Both the position numbers and the translations under genes were made by a program. Below are positions 18,279 to 28,480 of a stretch of DNA of 64,000 bases, one piece after another. The stretch spans positions 13,975-77,974 of the forward strand of contig SXUL01000106.1 of NCBI GenBank assembly GCA_005790545.1, written 5' to 3'. Below the pieces are notes generated by a model. That model searched no databases. It was not told the origin of the DNA and saw only the letters and a list, made by a program, of their open reading frames with translations. Source of the stretch: Planctomycetia bacterium. GTDB taxonomy: Bacteria > Planctomycetota > GCA-002687715. Position 1 is the first letter of the stretch. Each line of letters begins with the position of its first letter.

Positions 18279-19619
18279 ATGAACCAGTGCAAGAACTTTG
18301 ATGATGGTCGGCGCGATTTCCTCGCCGCTTCTGCGGGCTTCCTCCTCGCAGGGCCGCTTCTGGGAGGCGTGCCGTCGCTCTTCGCCGAGGCACGCACGGC
18401 TTCCACTCCGCGCGCGGAACTTCCAGCGCTGGTGGTGATCTATCTCCGCGGCGGCGCCGATGCGCTGAACCTCTGTGTGCCATGGGCGGACAAGACCTAC
18501 GCCAACGTGCGTCCGCAAATCAGCATCAATGCGGAATCGACGCCCGAGGAACCTGGCGTGGTGAAGCTCGATGGCCGCTACGGCCTCCACCCCGCGATGA
18601 GCGCGCTGAAACCATTCTGGGACGCGAAGCAGTTCGCGCCGCTCCTCGGCACCGGTTCGCCGCATCCCACGCGCTCGCACTTCGATGCCCAGGATTTCAT
18701 GGAGTACGCAGCGCCCGGCGATCGCCTGATGAAGCAGGGTTGGTTGAACCGCTTCCTCCGGGAATCAAAGGCCCAATCGGACACACAATTGAAGGCTCTC
18801 GCCATGCAGGGGCTCCTGCCGCGCTCCCTCCGCGGCCAGCAACCGGTACTCGCAGTGCCGCAACTCCGCCGCAACGACAGCGAAGGCCTCCTCGACCTCT
18901 TCGATGATGTCTATCGCAGCGGCGAGATGATGGACGGCGGTGACGCGATGGACACCAGCGGCGCAGCGCGCGGCCGCGAGGAAGCGGTTGCCGTCGGCCG
19001 CCACACCATCGAGACGCTGCGCCACTTCTGGGACGTGATCGAGAAGGAACCGCCGGGTGGCCAGCGCGCGGACCTCTACGGGCGCGATCAACTCGCACAG
19101 CGCCTCTCCATGATCAGCCGCGTCATCAAGAACGGCGCGGGGCTGCAAGTGGCGGCTCTCGACTACGGCGGCTGGGACATGCATCAAGGCGAAGGCGCGA
19201 CGGACGGCTCCATGCAGCGCACGCTCAAGACGCTCGCCGATGCCATGGCGGCTTTCGCGACCGACCTCGGCCCCGCTTTCGCGCGCGTGAATGTCCTCGT
19301 GATGACGGAGTTTGGCCGCACCGTCGCGGAGAACGGCAACCGCGGCACGGATCACGGCCGCGGCTCGTGCATGTTCCTCCTCGGCGGCAATGTCGCCGGC
19401 GGCAAGGTCTACGGCGACTATGGCAGCCTCGAATCGAAGAACCTCGAAGACGGCCGCGATCTCCGCGTGAGCATTGATTTCCGGCAGGTCTTCGCCGAAG
19501 TCCTGAAGGGCACCTTCAACTTCGACACGCCGAAGGACTTCTTCCCGCTCTTCACACCACGCCCGAAGGACTTCCTCGGCTGCATGGCCGGAACTGCGAA
19601 GCCCGCGAAGAAGGGTTGA
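18279..19619 (+). CDS. DUF1501 domain protein (sulfatase-like fold), Tat signal
   Basis: Tat motif RRDFLAASAGFLLAG. Conserved blocks GSPHPTRSHFDAQDFME and VMTEFGRTVAENGNRGTDHGRGS. Confidence 0.8.
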   Translation: MNQCKNFDDGRRDFLAASAGFLLAGPLLGGVPSLFAEARTASTPRAELPALVVIYLRGGADALNLCVPWADKTYANVRPQISINAESTPEEPGVVKLDGRYGLHPAMSALKPFWDAKQFAPLLGTGSPHPTRSHFDAQDFMEYAAPGDRLMKQGWLNRFLRESKAQSDTQLKALAMQGLLPRSLRGQQPVLAVPQLRRNDSEGLLDLFDDVYRSGEMMDGGDAMDTSGAARGREEAVAVGRHTIETLRHFWDVIEKEPPGGQRADLYGRDQLAQRLSMISRVIKNGAGLQVAALDYGGWDMHQGEGATDGSMQRTLKTLADAMAAFATDLGPAFARVNVLVMTEFGRTVAENGNRGTDHGRGSCMFLLGGNVAGGKVYGDYGSLESKNLEDGRDLRVSIDFRQVFAEVLKGTFNFDTPKDFFPLFTPRPKDFLGCMAGTAKPAKKG

Positions 19620-19678
19620 GCCAGCGGAAACACGGTTCTGTGCTTCGATCCCGGGCACGGCGCTGCTAACACGGCGGC

Positions 19679-20845
19679 ATGGCCTACAACCTTGTCACTC
19701 TGCCGGGCGACGGCATCGGACCGGAAGTGCTGCGCGAAGGCATGCGCGTCCTTGAGGCGGTCAGCAAACCCCTCGAGATCCAGTGGCAGGTGACAGAGAT
19801 CCCCTGCGGCGGGCAGTACTACCTCGCCAACGGCCGGAAGACCGATTGGCCCGCCGGCAGCGTCGAAAAGTGCCGCGCCGCGGATGTGATTCTTCTCGGT
19901 GCCGTGGGTTGGCCCGATCCCGATGGCAGCGGCGGTCCCCTCACCATGCCCGACGGCAACATGGCCGGCTGGTCGCCTGTGATCGGCAATCGGACGCGCC
20001 TCGAGCTCTACGCCAATGTGCGTCCGGTGAAGCTCTACCCCGGCGTCACGCACCGCATTCACGGCGAACGTGTGCAGGTGTGGAAGCCCGGCAAGGTGGA
20101 CATCCTCTTCGTGCGCGAAGGCACGGAAGGGCTCTACGCCGGCATCGGCGGCATCCTGAAGCCGGGCGGCACGGGCAAGGTCGGCGTCGACGTGCGCGTG
20201 ATCACGCGCGAAGGATCTGCGCGCGTCATCAGGAAGGCGTTCGAGCTTTGCCGCGCGCGCCAGACCGGTGCACCCAAGGACGGCAAGAAGCGCGTCACCG
20301 CCATCGTGAAGGACAACGTCCTCGACGGTTGCCGCATGTTCAGGGACATCTTCTTCGAGATCGGCCGCGAGTATCCAGAGATCGAGAAAGAGACGGCCAT
20401 CGTCGATGCCTTCACGCAGTGGCTCATCACGCAGCCCGAGTACTACGACGTGTGCGTGACCACGAACATGTTCGGCGACATCGTGACTGACCTCGCCTCG
20501 GTCCTGCAGGGCGGCATGGGTGTCGCGGTGGGCGCGAATATCGGCGATAACCACGCCATGTTCGAGCCCATCCACGGCTCCGCACCGAAATACACCGGTC
20601 AGGACAAGGTGAACCCCATCGCCATGATCCTCGCGGCGAAGGAAGCCTGCGACTGGCTCGGCCGCCGCAAGAAGGACACCAAGCTCATCCGCGCCGGCGC
20701 GGCCATCGAAGAAGCGGTACGCGCACTCCTCGAACGAGGCGCTCCCCTCACCTACGACATGGTGGGTGAAGCCAAGGCCGCGAAGTGCTCGGAAGTCGGC
20801 CGCGCCTGCGCAGAACTCGCCGCCTCAGCCTTGAAGAGTGCCTGA
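19679..20845 (+). CDS. isocitrate/isopropylmalate dehydrogenase family protein (LeuB/tartrate DH-like)
   Basis: N-terminal LPGDGIGPEV motif and overall family blocks. Exact substrate cannot be decided from sequence. Confidence 0.8.
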   Translation: MAYNLVTLPGDGIGPEVLREGMRVLEAVSKPLEIQWQVTEIPCGGQYYLANGRKTDWPAGSVEKCRAADVILLGAVGWPDPDGSGGPLTMPDGNMAGWSPVIGNRTRLELYANVRPVKLYPGVTHRIHGERVQVWKPGKVDILFVREGTEGLYAGIGGILKPGGTGKVGVDVRVITREGSARVIRKAFELCRARQTGAPKDGKKRVTAIVKDNVLDGCRMFRDIFFEIGREYPEIEKETAIVDAFTQWLITQPEYYDVCVTTNMFGDIVTDLASVLQGGMGVAVGANIGDNHAMFEPIHGSAPKYTGQDKVNPIAMILAAKEACDWLGRRKKDTKLIRAGAAIEEAVRALLERGAPLTYDMVGEAKAAKCSEVGRACAELAASALKSA

Positions 20846-21155
20846 GCAAGGCTCAGCGCACTCCCTTCGCTACTTTCCTCACAGCATGCGGCCATGGGCC
20901 GCAAGACCTTGCGGCCGCATCAGCGCCATGCGCTTTGTCGATCAATTGCCGCTTGCATCAGCGGCGCCCGACCCACTACATTGTCCCTTGCCCTCCGGCC
21001 CGACCGGAGGTGCGCAGCGTCTTGGAGCGGTGCCCTCGCGGGCGCTGGCGGGCATTTCCTCCTTTCGCCCCTCCAAGGTGCCGCCCGAGACCGGGGACCG
21101 CGCTTTCCCTCGCGTGCGTCTCCGGTCTTCCCCTTTGTGGGCGGTGGGTCCGGCT

Positions 21156-21929
21156 TCAGCCGAACTCAGCCAGCACGGGCGCGTGGTCGGAGGCGTTCTT
21201 GCCCTTGCGCTCATCGCGATCAATCCAACAGCGTTGCGCCGCCTTCGCCGCTGCAGCGGTTGCAAGAATGAGATCGATGCGCAGCCCGAGATTCTTGGGG
21301 AAACCCAGCATGCGGTAATCCCACCAAGAGAACTCGCGCGCTTCAGGGTGCATGACGCGGAAGAGATCGCCGAGGCCGAGAGCCTTCATGGCTGTGAGCG
21401 CAGCGCGTTCTTCCGCTGAGCAAAGCACCTTGCCGTCCCAGTGCGCGGGATCGTGCACATCGAGGTCGGCAGGAGCAATATTGAAATCGCCCACGATGAT
21501 GAGCTTCTCGTGACGGCTGATTTCGTCCGCGAGAAAGTCCCTCAGCGCAGCGAGGAAGCGGAGCTTCATTTCGAATTTCGCGCTGCCCACCTCCTGGCCA
21601 TTCACCACATAGACGTTGATGATGCGGAGGTCCCCGACTGTGAGCGCGATGAGCCTGCGGCCCGCCTCCTCCTCGGTGCCCGCGAGGCCGCAGTGCACGT
21701 CCTTCTCTTCGAGCCCGTCCCGCACAGCGATGGCGACGCCGTTCCAGGTCTTCTGCCCGTAGGCGCGCACATGCCAGCCGAGGGGTCCGAAGAGCTCATG
21801 CGGAAAGAGCGCGTCTTCAACTTTCGTTTCCTGCAGGCAGAGCACATCCGGCCGCCGCGCTGCGAGAAATCCCGCGACCCGCTCGGCGCGGGCTCGCACG
21901 CTGTTCACATTGAAGGTCGAGACGATCAC
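21156..21929 (-). CDS. xth: exodeoxyribonuclease III
   Basis: MIVSTFNVNSVRAR...VLCLQETK... is a classic ExoIII/APE1 family N-terminus and length (257 aa). Confidence 0.85.
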   Translation of the reverse strand: MIVSTFNVNSVRARAERVAGFLAARRPDVLCLQETKVEDALFPHELFGPLGWHVRAYGQKTWNGVAIAVRDGLEEKDVHCGLAGTEEEAGRRLIALTVGDLRIINVYVVNGQEVGSAKFEMKLRFLAALRDFLADEISRHEKLIIVGDFNIAPADLDVHDPAHWDGKVLCSAEERAALTAMKALGLGDLFRVMHPEAREFSWWDYRMLGFPKNLGLRIDLILATAAAAKAAQRCWIDRDERKGKNASDHAPVLAEFG

Positions 21930-23407
21930 GTCTGTTGTCCGACGCGCGCTCCGTGCTGCTCACGCTCGGCTTCAAGCAGCGTCAAGCGCTCCACGCTGAT
22001 GTCGCCCGTCGGATATTCCCCGTTGAAGCAGGCATTGCAGAACTCCTCAATGCGCGGATTGCCGGCCTTGGCAGCCTCATTCATGGCTTCGCGTTCGAGG
22101 TAGACCAGCCGGTCCACACCGAGGAAACGCGCCACTTCGTCGATGCTCCTGTCCGTAGCCACGAACTCGCGCTTGCTGGCCATGTCGATGCCATAGGGGC
22201 AGGGTGCGACGAGCGGCGGGCTCGTGACAGCAAAGGACACTTCGCGTGCGCCGGCTGCGCGCGCCATCTCCACGATGCGCCGCGAGGTGGTGCCGCGCAC
22301 GATGGAGTCGTCCACGAGCAGCACATGCTTGCCCTCGAACTCGAGGCCGATGGTGTTGAGCTTCCGCCGCACGGAATGCGTGCGCGCCTTCTGGTCCGGC
22401 ATGATGAAGGTGCGCCCGATGTCGCGGTTCTTCACGAAACCGTCGCGGCAGGAGACGCCAATCGCATCCGCGAAAGCGAGCGCCGCATCTCGCGAGGAAT
22501 CAGGGATGGGAATGACCACATCCGGCCCGGGATTGCCCGCCGCCTTCCATTGCGCAGCGAGTGCTTCACCGAAACGGCGCCGCGTCTTGTAGACCGAGAT
22601 ATCGTCGAGGAACGAATCCGGGCGCGCGAAGTAGACGAACTCGAAGATGCACGGACGGTGTGCCTTGCGCGTCACTTCGCGGCGATGCACCACACGCGTG
22701 CGATCAATGAAGAGCGCCTCGCCGGCTCCGATCTCGACCGTGCGCTTGTAGCCATTCACATCCAACACCACGGATTCAGACGCACACATGAAACTCGTGC
22801 CATCCGGTGTCGTGCGCTCACCGAACACCATGGGCTTGATACCGAAGGGATCGCGGAATGCGACCAGCCCCAGATCCGCGATGGTGGCCACCACGCTGTA
22901 GGCCCCGCGCACCTTCTCGTGCACCACTGCGACGGCGGCGAACACATCATCCGCAGTGATGTCGTCGTGAGCGCGGAGGCGGCGGCTCAGCGCATCCTGA
23001 AAGACCCAGAGAATCGCCTCCACATCGCAAGTGCTGTTCAAGCGCGTGCCGCGGTTCAGGAAGCGGTCACGGGTGAGTTCGACGTAGTTGGTGACATTGC
23101 CATTGTGGGCCATGGCCACACCGAGGGGGTAGGTGTGATGGAAGGGTTGGGCATCCTCATCCGCGCCGCCACCGACGGTCGGATAGCGCACATGCCCCAC
23201 GCCGAGGTTGCCGCGGAGAGCGCGCATATCCCCGCCGCTGAAGACATCCGCTACGAGACCGCGTGCCTTGCGCACATGGAACGCGTTGGTGAATGTCGTG
23301 ATGCCCGCTGCATCCTGACCGCGGTGCTGCACCGCCAGGAGACCTTCATAGATCTCCGGCGCCACGTCAGTGCCATCAAGCCCGAAGATGCCGACGAATC
23401 CGCACAT
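21926..23407 (-). CDS. purF: amidophosphoribosyltransferase
   Basis: N-terminal MCGFVGIFG (Ntn Cys1), PRPP-binding and FeS ligands downstream. Start set at the MCGF Met (ATG at 23407) rather than ORF start 23773. 4-bp overlap with xth. Confidence 0.9.
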   Translation of the reverse strand: MCGFVGIFGLDGTDVAPEIYEGLLAVQHRGQDAAGITTFTNAFHVRKARGLVADVFSGGDMRALRGNLGVGHVRYPTVGGGADEDAQPFHHTYPLGVAMAHNGNVTNYVELTRDRFLNRGTRLNSTCDVEAILWVFQDALSRRLRAHDDITADDVFAAVAVVHEKVRGAYSVVATIADLGLVAFRDPFGIKPMVFGERTTPDGTSFMCASESVVLDVNGYKRTVEIGAGEALFIDRTRVVHRREVTRKAHRPCIFEFVYFARPDSFLDDISVYKTRRRFGEALAAQWKAAGNPGPDVVIPIPDSSRDAALAFADAIGVSCRDGFVKNRDIGRTFIMPDQKARTHSVRRKLNTIGLEFEGKHVLLVDDSIVRGTTSRRIVEMARAAGAREVSFAVTSPPLVAPCPYGIDMASKREFVATDRSIDEVARFLGVDRLVYLEREAMNEAAKAGNPRIEEFCNACFNGEYPTGDISVERLTLLEAEREQHGARVGQQT

Positions 23408-23505
23408 GCGACCTCGATGGCGGTGCCGCGCGCAAGCCGCCCCCCCAAGGTAGGCGCCTCCTCGCGGAGCCGCAAGCAAGCCACTTCGTTGATGGAGTAA
23501 ATTGG

Positions 23506-26500
23506 ATGCCTCCACACCCGGCATCCAAGGAGATGGGTCCCATGCGCACCATCCTCGTGCTGTTTTCCGTGCTGTTCCTCGCGGCCGGCATCTGGCTGCT
23601 CTGCTCGAATGAAGAGGCTCAGCCGCTCGCACTCGAATCCACGGTTCCCGCTGCTGGCGCGCTGGATGCGTCGAATGACAGCGCTGTCGTTGCAAACTTG
23701 AATGTGCTCCTCGCTCCGATTCCCGCAAGCCCCTTCGATGGCAGCGAGGACAAAGCTGTGGAGGATGCGGCACCTGTGGCCTCGGGGGTCACTGTTTCCG
23801 GCCGCATCGTGAGTACCGACGGTTCACCGGTGGCCGGCGCACAACTCGCCCTCGAGATGAAGCGCATCGAACTCGGACGCCTGCGCGACGAACGACGCAG
23901 CGGCGCAACCGGAACGGACGGACGCTTCAAGTTCGCCGGCATCGCCACCGGCACCACCGTGGTGCTCCGCGCAACGCCACTCGCTGCACTGGAAGTGAAG
24001 TCACAACCCGTGCGCTTGAGCGCAACAGATCATGATTTCGGAACTCTCGTTGCTGCTCGTGGCGCCGCGGTGCGCGGCATCGTGCTCACGGCCCATGGCG
24101 CTCCCGCAGCCGGAGTGCGCGTCGTCGCCGAGCGCGCCAAGCGTCCGAGTGCCTTCTCCTTCTTCAGGAACGGATTCGAGCCCCCAGCCAGCGGCCAACG
24201 CGCAGCCATGAGCGATTCCGAGGGGCGATTCTGCATCCAGGGCCTGCCCACCGATCAACTGCGCGTGAGCGCACGCGAGGAAGGCAGTGCCCTCGGCACC
24301 GAAACCGCGGCCGAAAGCGGCGCCGACGACCTCAAACTCGTCCTCCCCGAGGGAGCGGAGCGCAGAGGCCTCATCACCGATGAGGCAGGCACTGCAATCA
24401 GTGGCGCTGTGGTGCGCGTGAGTGAAGGTGCGCCCGCAACTGAACTGGCCGACTTTGAAGGCAACGGTCCACCCCGTGTGAGACCCCAACGTCTCAGCAC
24501 GGATGCGAGCGGCCGTTTCCACCTGAAAAACGTGCCCGTGGACCTCCATCTGAAAGCCAGCGTGGCATGTGAGCGATTCCTGCCCGCTCAGGTCGAACTC
24601 ATGCAAGGCGAAACCACCATTCGCCTCCGCCGGGCAGGGGTTGTGTGGGGAGTGGTGAAGTCCTCCGAGGGTGTGGCGCTCACGAGCTTCAACGCCACCG
24701 TGCGACGCGGAGCGTGGGAGAACTTCGATCCCGCTGACGGTGCAACGCGCACTCAACCGAAGGCCCTCAGCGGTGCCGAGGCAGCCGCACTGGCCTGCGT
24801 GCCCCTGACCGACGGCATCTATGCCGTCAGCAATCTCACGGAGGCAGCGTTCACTCTCACCTTCACTGCGGACGGTCACGCGCGAGTGCGCTACGACAAT
24901 GTGGCCGCAGCCGCCGGCACTGTGCAGCGCCTTGATGTCACCCTCGACAAGCAGTGCGAAGTGGCCGGTGTGGTCATCGATCCCGCGGGCGCAACGGTCG
25001 CGGGCGCGCGGGTGAGCTTCAATTCCTCCAGCGGCGTGAGCGGTCAGTCACAGCAGGCGCGTGAGGCCATGGTGAGTTTCCCGGGGAGAGTTGCGCCGGC
25101 CAGCGCACCCACCGCACGCAACTCTGATGCCGCCATGCAGCACGTCGTGAGTGACGCAGAAGGGCGCTTCAAGATCACTGGCCTGCCTGCAGGATCAGGA
25201 TCGCTCATCGCTGAACATGATCTCTTTGCCGACAGTGAACGCCTCTCCGTGAAACTCCCGCAGGAATCACCCGAGGCCTTGCGCCTCGCACTGCGTGCCG
25301 GCGGCAGCATCGAAGGCCTCGTGAAGGATGAGGAAGGGAAAGCTCTCCCTCACGCGACCATCACCGCGCGAGCCGTGCGCGAGAAGGGCGACCGGCGGCC
25401 CATGCAGGACGAGCTGCAATCCATCGCCAATGCCGAAGGCAAATACCGCATCGATGGCGTGATCCCGGGACCTTGGGACCTGCGCCTCGACGGCCAGCCG
25501 CGCAGTGCGGATCGCCACGTCATGATCTTTGCGGACAGCGGCGAGAGCGCTCCTTCGCGCGCCGGATGGACACGCTGCGATGTGACTTCAGGCTCGGTCA
25601 CCCGCGTGGATCTCGCGCTTCCGCCAGTGGGTCTCGTCACGGGTGTGGTGCGCTCTGCCGGACGACCGGTTCCGGGTGTGCAAGTGGAGATTGCGCCGAA
25701 GCAGCGCGAGCAGCCCAAGGAAGGCGGCCTCGGCATGGTGATGATGGGCAACTCAATCTTCGGAGGTGGCGGAGTTCCGACCACCACCGATGCGGACGGA
25801 CGCTTTCGTTTCGAGCGCCAGAAGCCGGGTGAGTTCACGCTCATCGCGCGGCCTTCAGGCAGCGACACCAGCGCCAAGGTTGATGTCAATGTCCTGCCAC
25901 GCGCCACGGCCACAGCGGAGATCACGCTGCCTGGAGGCACCATCGAGGGTCAGGTGCTGAACGACAAGACGGGTGCCCCCCTCGCCCATGTGCGCGTGCA
26001 GGCGACAAAGCGCCGCGCCCCCGGAGAACAAGACAGCTCCAACACGATGACAGGTGCGTTCATGGTGGCCACTGCCGGCGACGATGACAACGAAATCATG
26101 AGTTTCAGCGTCGGTGGTGGTGATCCCGTCGTCACCGATGCAGAAGGGCGCTACGCCGTGCGCTATCTCTCCGAAGGAACGTGGGACCTCGCCTTCAGCG
26201 GCGGAGGCATCGTGCCCGGCAACGTGAAAGGCATCGAACTCGGTCTGGATGCGCTGCGCACCGGCGTGCTCTTCCGCGCGAGCCTCGGCTGCACGCTCAC
26301 GCTGCAGTTCGATCCGAACTCCGATCGCAACGTGGATGGCGCGAGTGTCTCGATCCAGTGTGGCGAGCAGCAGGAGCACGCGTGGTTGCAGCCAGGGCGC
26401 CGGGTGCTGAAACGTGGGCTGGCGGCAGGGCCGTGCAAGCTCATTGCCACGACCCACGACGGATCGGAGCGCAAGGTCGAGAAGACCATCACGCTCCACG

Positions 26501-26535
26501 CCGACGGTGAAAACAGGGTCGAATTCGAGTTCTGA
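23506..26535 (+). CDS. large secreted protein with ~8 carboxypeptidase-regulatory-like (CarboxypepD_reg) repeats
   Basis: Signal/anchor MGPMRTILVLFSVLFLAAGIWLLC. Repeated modules of the form V.G.V....G.PV.GA.V (e.g. VSGRIVSTDGSPVAGAQLALE, VRGIVLTAHGAPAAGVRVVAE, VTGVVRSAGRPVPGVQVE). Confidence 0.6.
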   Translation: MPPHPASKEMGPMRTILVLFSVLFLAAGIWLLCSNEEAQPLALESTVPAAGALDASNDSAVVANLNVLLAPIPASPFDGSEDKAVEDAAPVASGVTVSGRIVSTDGSPVAGAQLALEMKRIELGRLRDERRSGATGTDGRFKFAGIATGTTVVLRATPLAALEVKSQPVRLSATDHDFGTLVAARGAAVRGIVLTAHGAPAAGVRVVAERAKRPSAFSFFRNGFEPPASGQRAAMSDSEGRFCIQGLPTDQLRVSAREEGSALGTETAAESGADDLKLVLPEGAERRGLITDEAGTAISGAVVRVSEGAPATELADFEGNGPPRVRPQRLSTDASGRFHLKNVPVDLHLKASVACERFLPAQVELMQGETTIRLRRAGVVWGVVKSSEGVALTSFNATVRRGAWENFDPADGATRTQPKALSGAEAAALACVPLTDGIYAVSNLTEAAFTLTFTADGHARVRYDNVAAAAGTVQRLDVTLDKQCEVAGVVIDPAGATVAGARVSFNSSSGVSGQSQQAREAMVSFPGRVAPASAPTARNSDAAMQHVVSDAEGRFKITGLPAGSGSLIAEHDLFADSERLSVKLPQESPEALRLALRAGGSIEGLVKDEEGKALPHATITARAVREKGDRRPMQDELQSIANAEGKYRIDGVIPGPWDLRLDGQPRSADRHVMIFADSGESAPSRAGWTRCDVTSGSVTRVDLALPPVGLVTGVVRSAGRPVPGVQVEIAPKQREQPKEGGLGMVMMGNSIFGGGGVPTTTDADGRFRFERQKPGEFTLIARPSGSDTSAKVDVNVLPRATATAEITLPGGTIEGQVLNDKTGAPLAHVRVQATKRRAPGEQDSSNTMTGAFMVATAGDDDNEIMSFSVGGGDPVVTDAEGRYAVRYLSEGTWDLAFSGGGIVPGNVKGIELGLDALRTGVLFRASLGCTLTLQFDPNSDRNVDGASVSIQCGEQQEHAWLQPGRRVLKRGLAAGPCKLIATTHDGSERKVEKTITLHADGENRVEFEF

Positions 26536-26559
26536 CGGAGCCGCGTCCGGCTCCGTCAG
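26532..26559. terminator. bidirectional terminator-like hairpin between convergent genes
   Basis: ctgacggagccg cgtc cggctccgtcag is a 12-bp perfect stem with a 4-nt loop. It overlaps the stop of the upstream + gene and sits just 3' of pckG on the - strand. Confidence 0.45.
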
Positions 26560-26571
26560 GGCGCGCACCCA

Positions 26572-28314
26572 TCAGCCAAGACGAAGGCGCAGCGATGCCA
26601 GCTCGGTGTGCATTTCCTTCGGCATGCGATCGCCGAACTTGCCGAAGAAGTTCTCGATGTCTGCTGTTTCCTGTTTCCACAGCGAGCGGTCGATGTGGAG
26701 GAGCTCCTTCATCGCTGCAGGCTCGACACCGCTTCCCTCAAGCTTGAGGCTCGAAGCCTTCGGCACCCAGCCAATCGCAGTCTTCTCTGACTCGCCGCGA
26801 CCCGCCACGCGCTCAAGCACCCAGTCGAGCACCCGCATGTTGTCGCCGAAACCGGGCCAGAGGAACTTGCCGTCCGCATCGGTACGGAACCAGTTCACAT
26901 GGAACACGGCGGGAGGATTCTTGACGGCCTTGCCCACCTTCAGCCAGTGCGCGAAGTAGCTCCCGAAGTCGTAGCCACAGAAGGGCAGCATGGCCATGGG
27001 ATCGCGGCGCACCACGCCCACGGCACCAGCGGCTGCCGCCGTTGTCTCAGAAGCCATCGCGGCTCCGACAAACGTGCCGTGCTGCCAGTCGAAGGACTGG
27101 AACACGAGCGGCGCTGTCTTCGCACGGCGACCGCCGAAGATGATCGCGCTGATGGGCACACCCATCGGGTCGTTGAACTTCGGCGAGAGCATCTTGCAGT
27201 TCCCAGCGGGGACGGTGAAACGGCTGTTCGGGTGCGCACCCTTGGTGCCGCTTTCGGGCGTCCAGTCCTTCCCCTGCCAATCGATGGCGTGAGCGGGTGG
27301 TGCACCATCCATCCCTTCCCACCAGGGCGTCTTCTCGTCGGTCATGGCCGTGTTCGTGAAGATCGAGTTCTTGTGCACCATCGCCATGGCGTTGGTGTTG
27401 GTCTTGTTGCTGGTCCCCGGAGCGACGCCGAAGAAACCCGCCTCGGGATTGATGGCCCAGAGCCGTCCATCCGGGCCCGGACGCATCCAGCAGATGTCGT
27501 CACCCACGCACCAGGCCTTCCAGCCCTTGAAGGCCGCGGGCGGTTCGAGCATGGCGAGATTGGTCTTGCCGCAGGCGCTCGGGAACGCCGCTGCGACGTA
27601 GATGGTTTCGCCGGCAGGTGATTCGAGACCGAGGATGAGCATGTGCTCGGCCATCCACATCTCGTCGCGTCCCTGCACGGAGGCGATGCGCAACGCAAAG
27701 CACTTCTTGCCGAGGAGCGCGTTGCCGCCGTAGCCGGAACCGAAGCTCCAGATCTCGCGCGTCTCCGGGAAGTGCGCGATGATGCGCGAGGCGGGCTCAA
27801 GTTGGCCGAGGCTGTGCACGCCGCGGCAGAAGTCGTTCGAGTTGCCGAGTTGATCGAGGGCCGCCTTCCCCATGCGCGACATGATGCGCATGTTGGCGAC
27901 GACATAGGCGCTGTCAGTGATCTCGATGCCGATCTTCGAGAGTGGGGACCCGAGGGGCCCCATGCAGTACGGGATCACGTACATGGTGCGGCCCTTCATG
28001 CAGCCGCTGAACAACTTCTGCAGATGCTGGCGCGCCTCGACTGGGTCCATCCAATTGTTGTTGGGGCCCGTGTCCTCCGCATGCTCGGAGCAGATGAAGG
28101 TGCACTGCTCCGTGCGGGCGACGTCGCTCGGGTGCGAGCGAGACCAGAACCCTCCGGGGAACTTCTCGGCATTCAGGGGTGTGAAGGTCCCGTCCGCAAC
28201 CAAGGCGGCCTTGATGCGCTGATCTTCCGCATCGCTGCCGTCGCACCAATACACGCTGGCCGGCGCGGTGAGCGCGGCGATTTCATCCACCCAAGACTTC
28301 AGCACGGGATTCAT
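26572..28314 (-). CDS. pckG: phosphoenolpyruvate carboxykinase (GTP)
   Basis: N-terminus MNPVLKSWVDEIAALTAPASVYWCDGS and downstream kinase blocks match GTP-dependent PEPCK. Start set at the MNPV Met (ATG at 28314), not ORF start 28506. Confidence 0.9.
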   Translation of the reverse strand: MNPVLKSWVDEIAALTAPASVYWCDGSDAEDQRIKAALVADGTFTPLNAEKFPGGFWSRSHPSDVARTEQCTFICSEHAEDTGPNNNWMDPVEARQHLQKLFSGCMKGRTMYVIPYCMGPLGSPLSKIGIEITDSAYVVANMRIMSRMGKAALDQLGNSNDFCRGVHSLGQLEPASRIIAHFPETREIWSFGSGYGGNALLGKKCFALRIASVQGRDEMWMAEHMLILGLESPAGETIYVAAAFPSACGKTNLAMLEPPAAFKGWKAWCVGDDICWMRPGPDGRLWAINPEAGFFGVAPGTSNKTNTNAMAMVHKNSIFTNTAMTDEKTPWWEGMDGAPPAHAIDWQGKDWTPESGTKGAHPNSRFTVPAGNCKMLSPKFNDPMGVPISAIIFGGRRAKTAPLVFQSFDWQHGTFVGAAMASETTAAAAGAVGVVRRDPMAMLPFCGYDFGSYFAHWLKVGKAVKNPPAVFHVNWFRTDADGKFLWPGFGDNMRVLDWVLERVAGRGESEKTAIGWVPKASSLKLEGSGVEPAAMKELLHIDRSLWKQETADIENFFGKFGDRMPKEMHTELASLRLRLG

Positions 28315-28480
28315 TTGGACATTGCTCCGGAAGATTCGCTGGGAAGTTGGTCGCGCCATGATCCCAACGGGGCGCGCGGGCCCCAACCATGCGCCCCTGT
28401 CGAAAAACAACGCCGCACACCGCCACTGAGTGCCAACTCCGCACTGGACAGCCCGCCTCTGAACCCTTGCAATCCACGCC

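Noticed and set aside
23408-23505. A purine riboswitch or leader upstream of purF.
   Set aside because: The purF upstream region is only ~100 bp and is shared with the divergent 23506 gene. It has no recognisable purine-riboswitch junction motifs.
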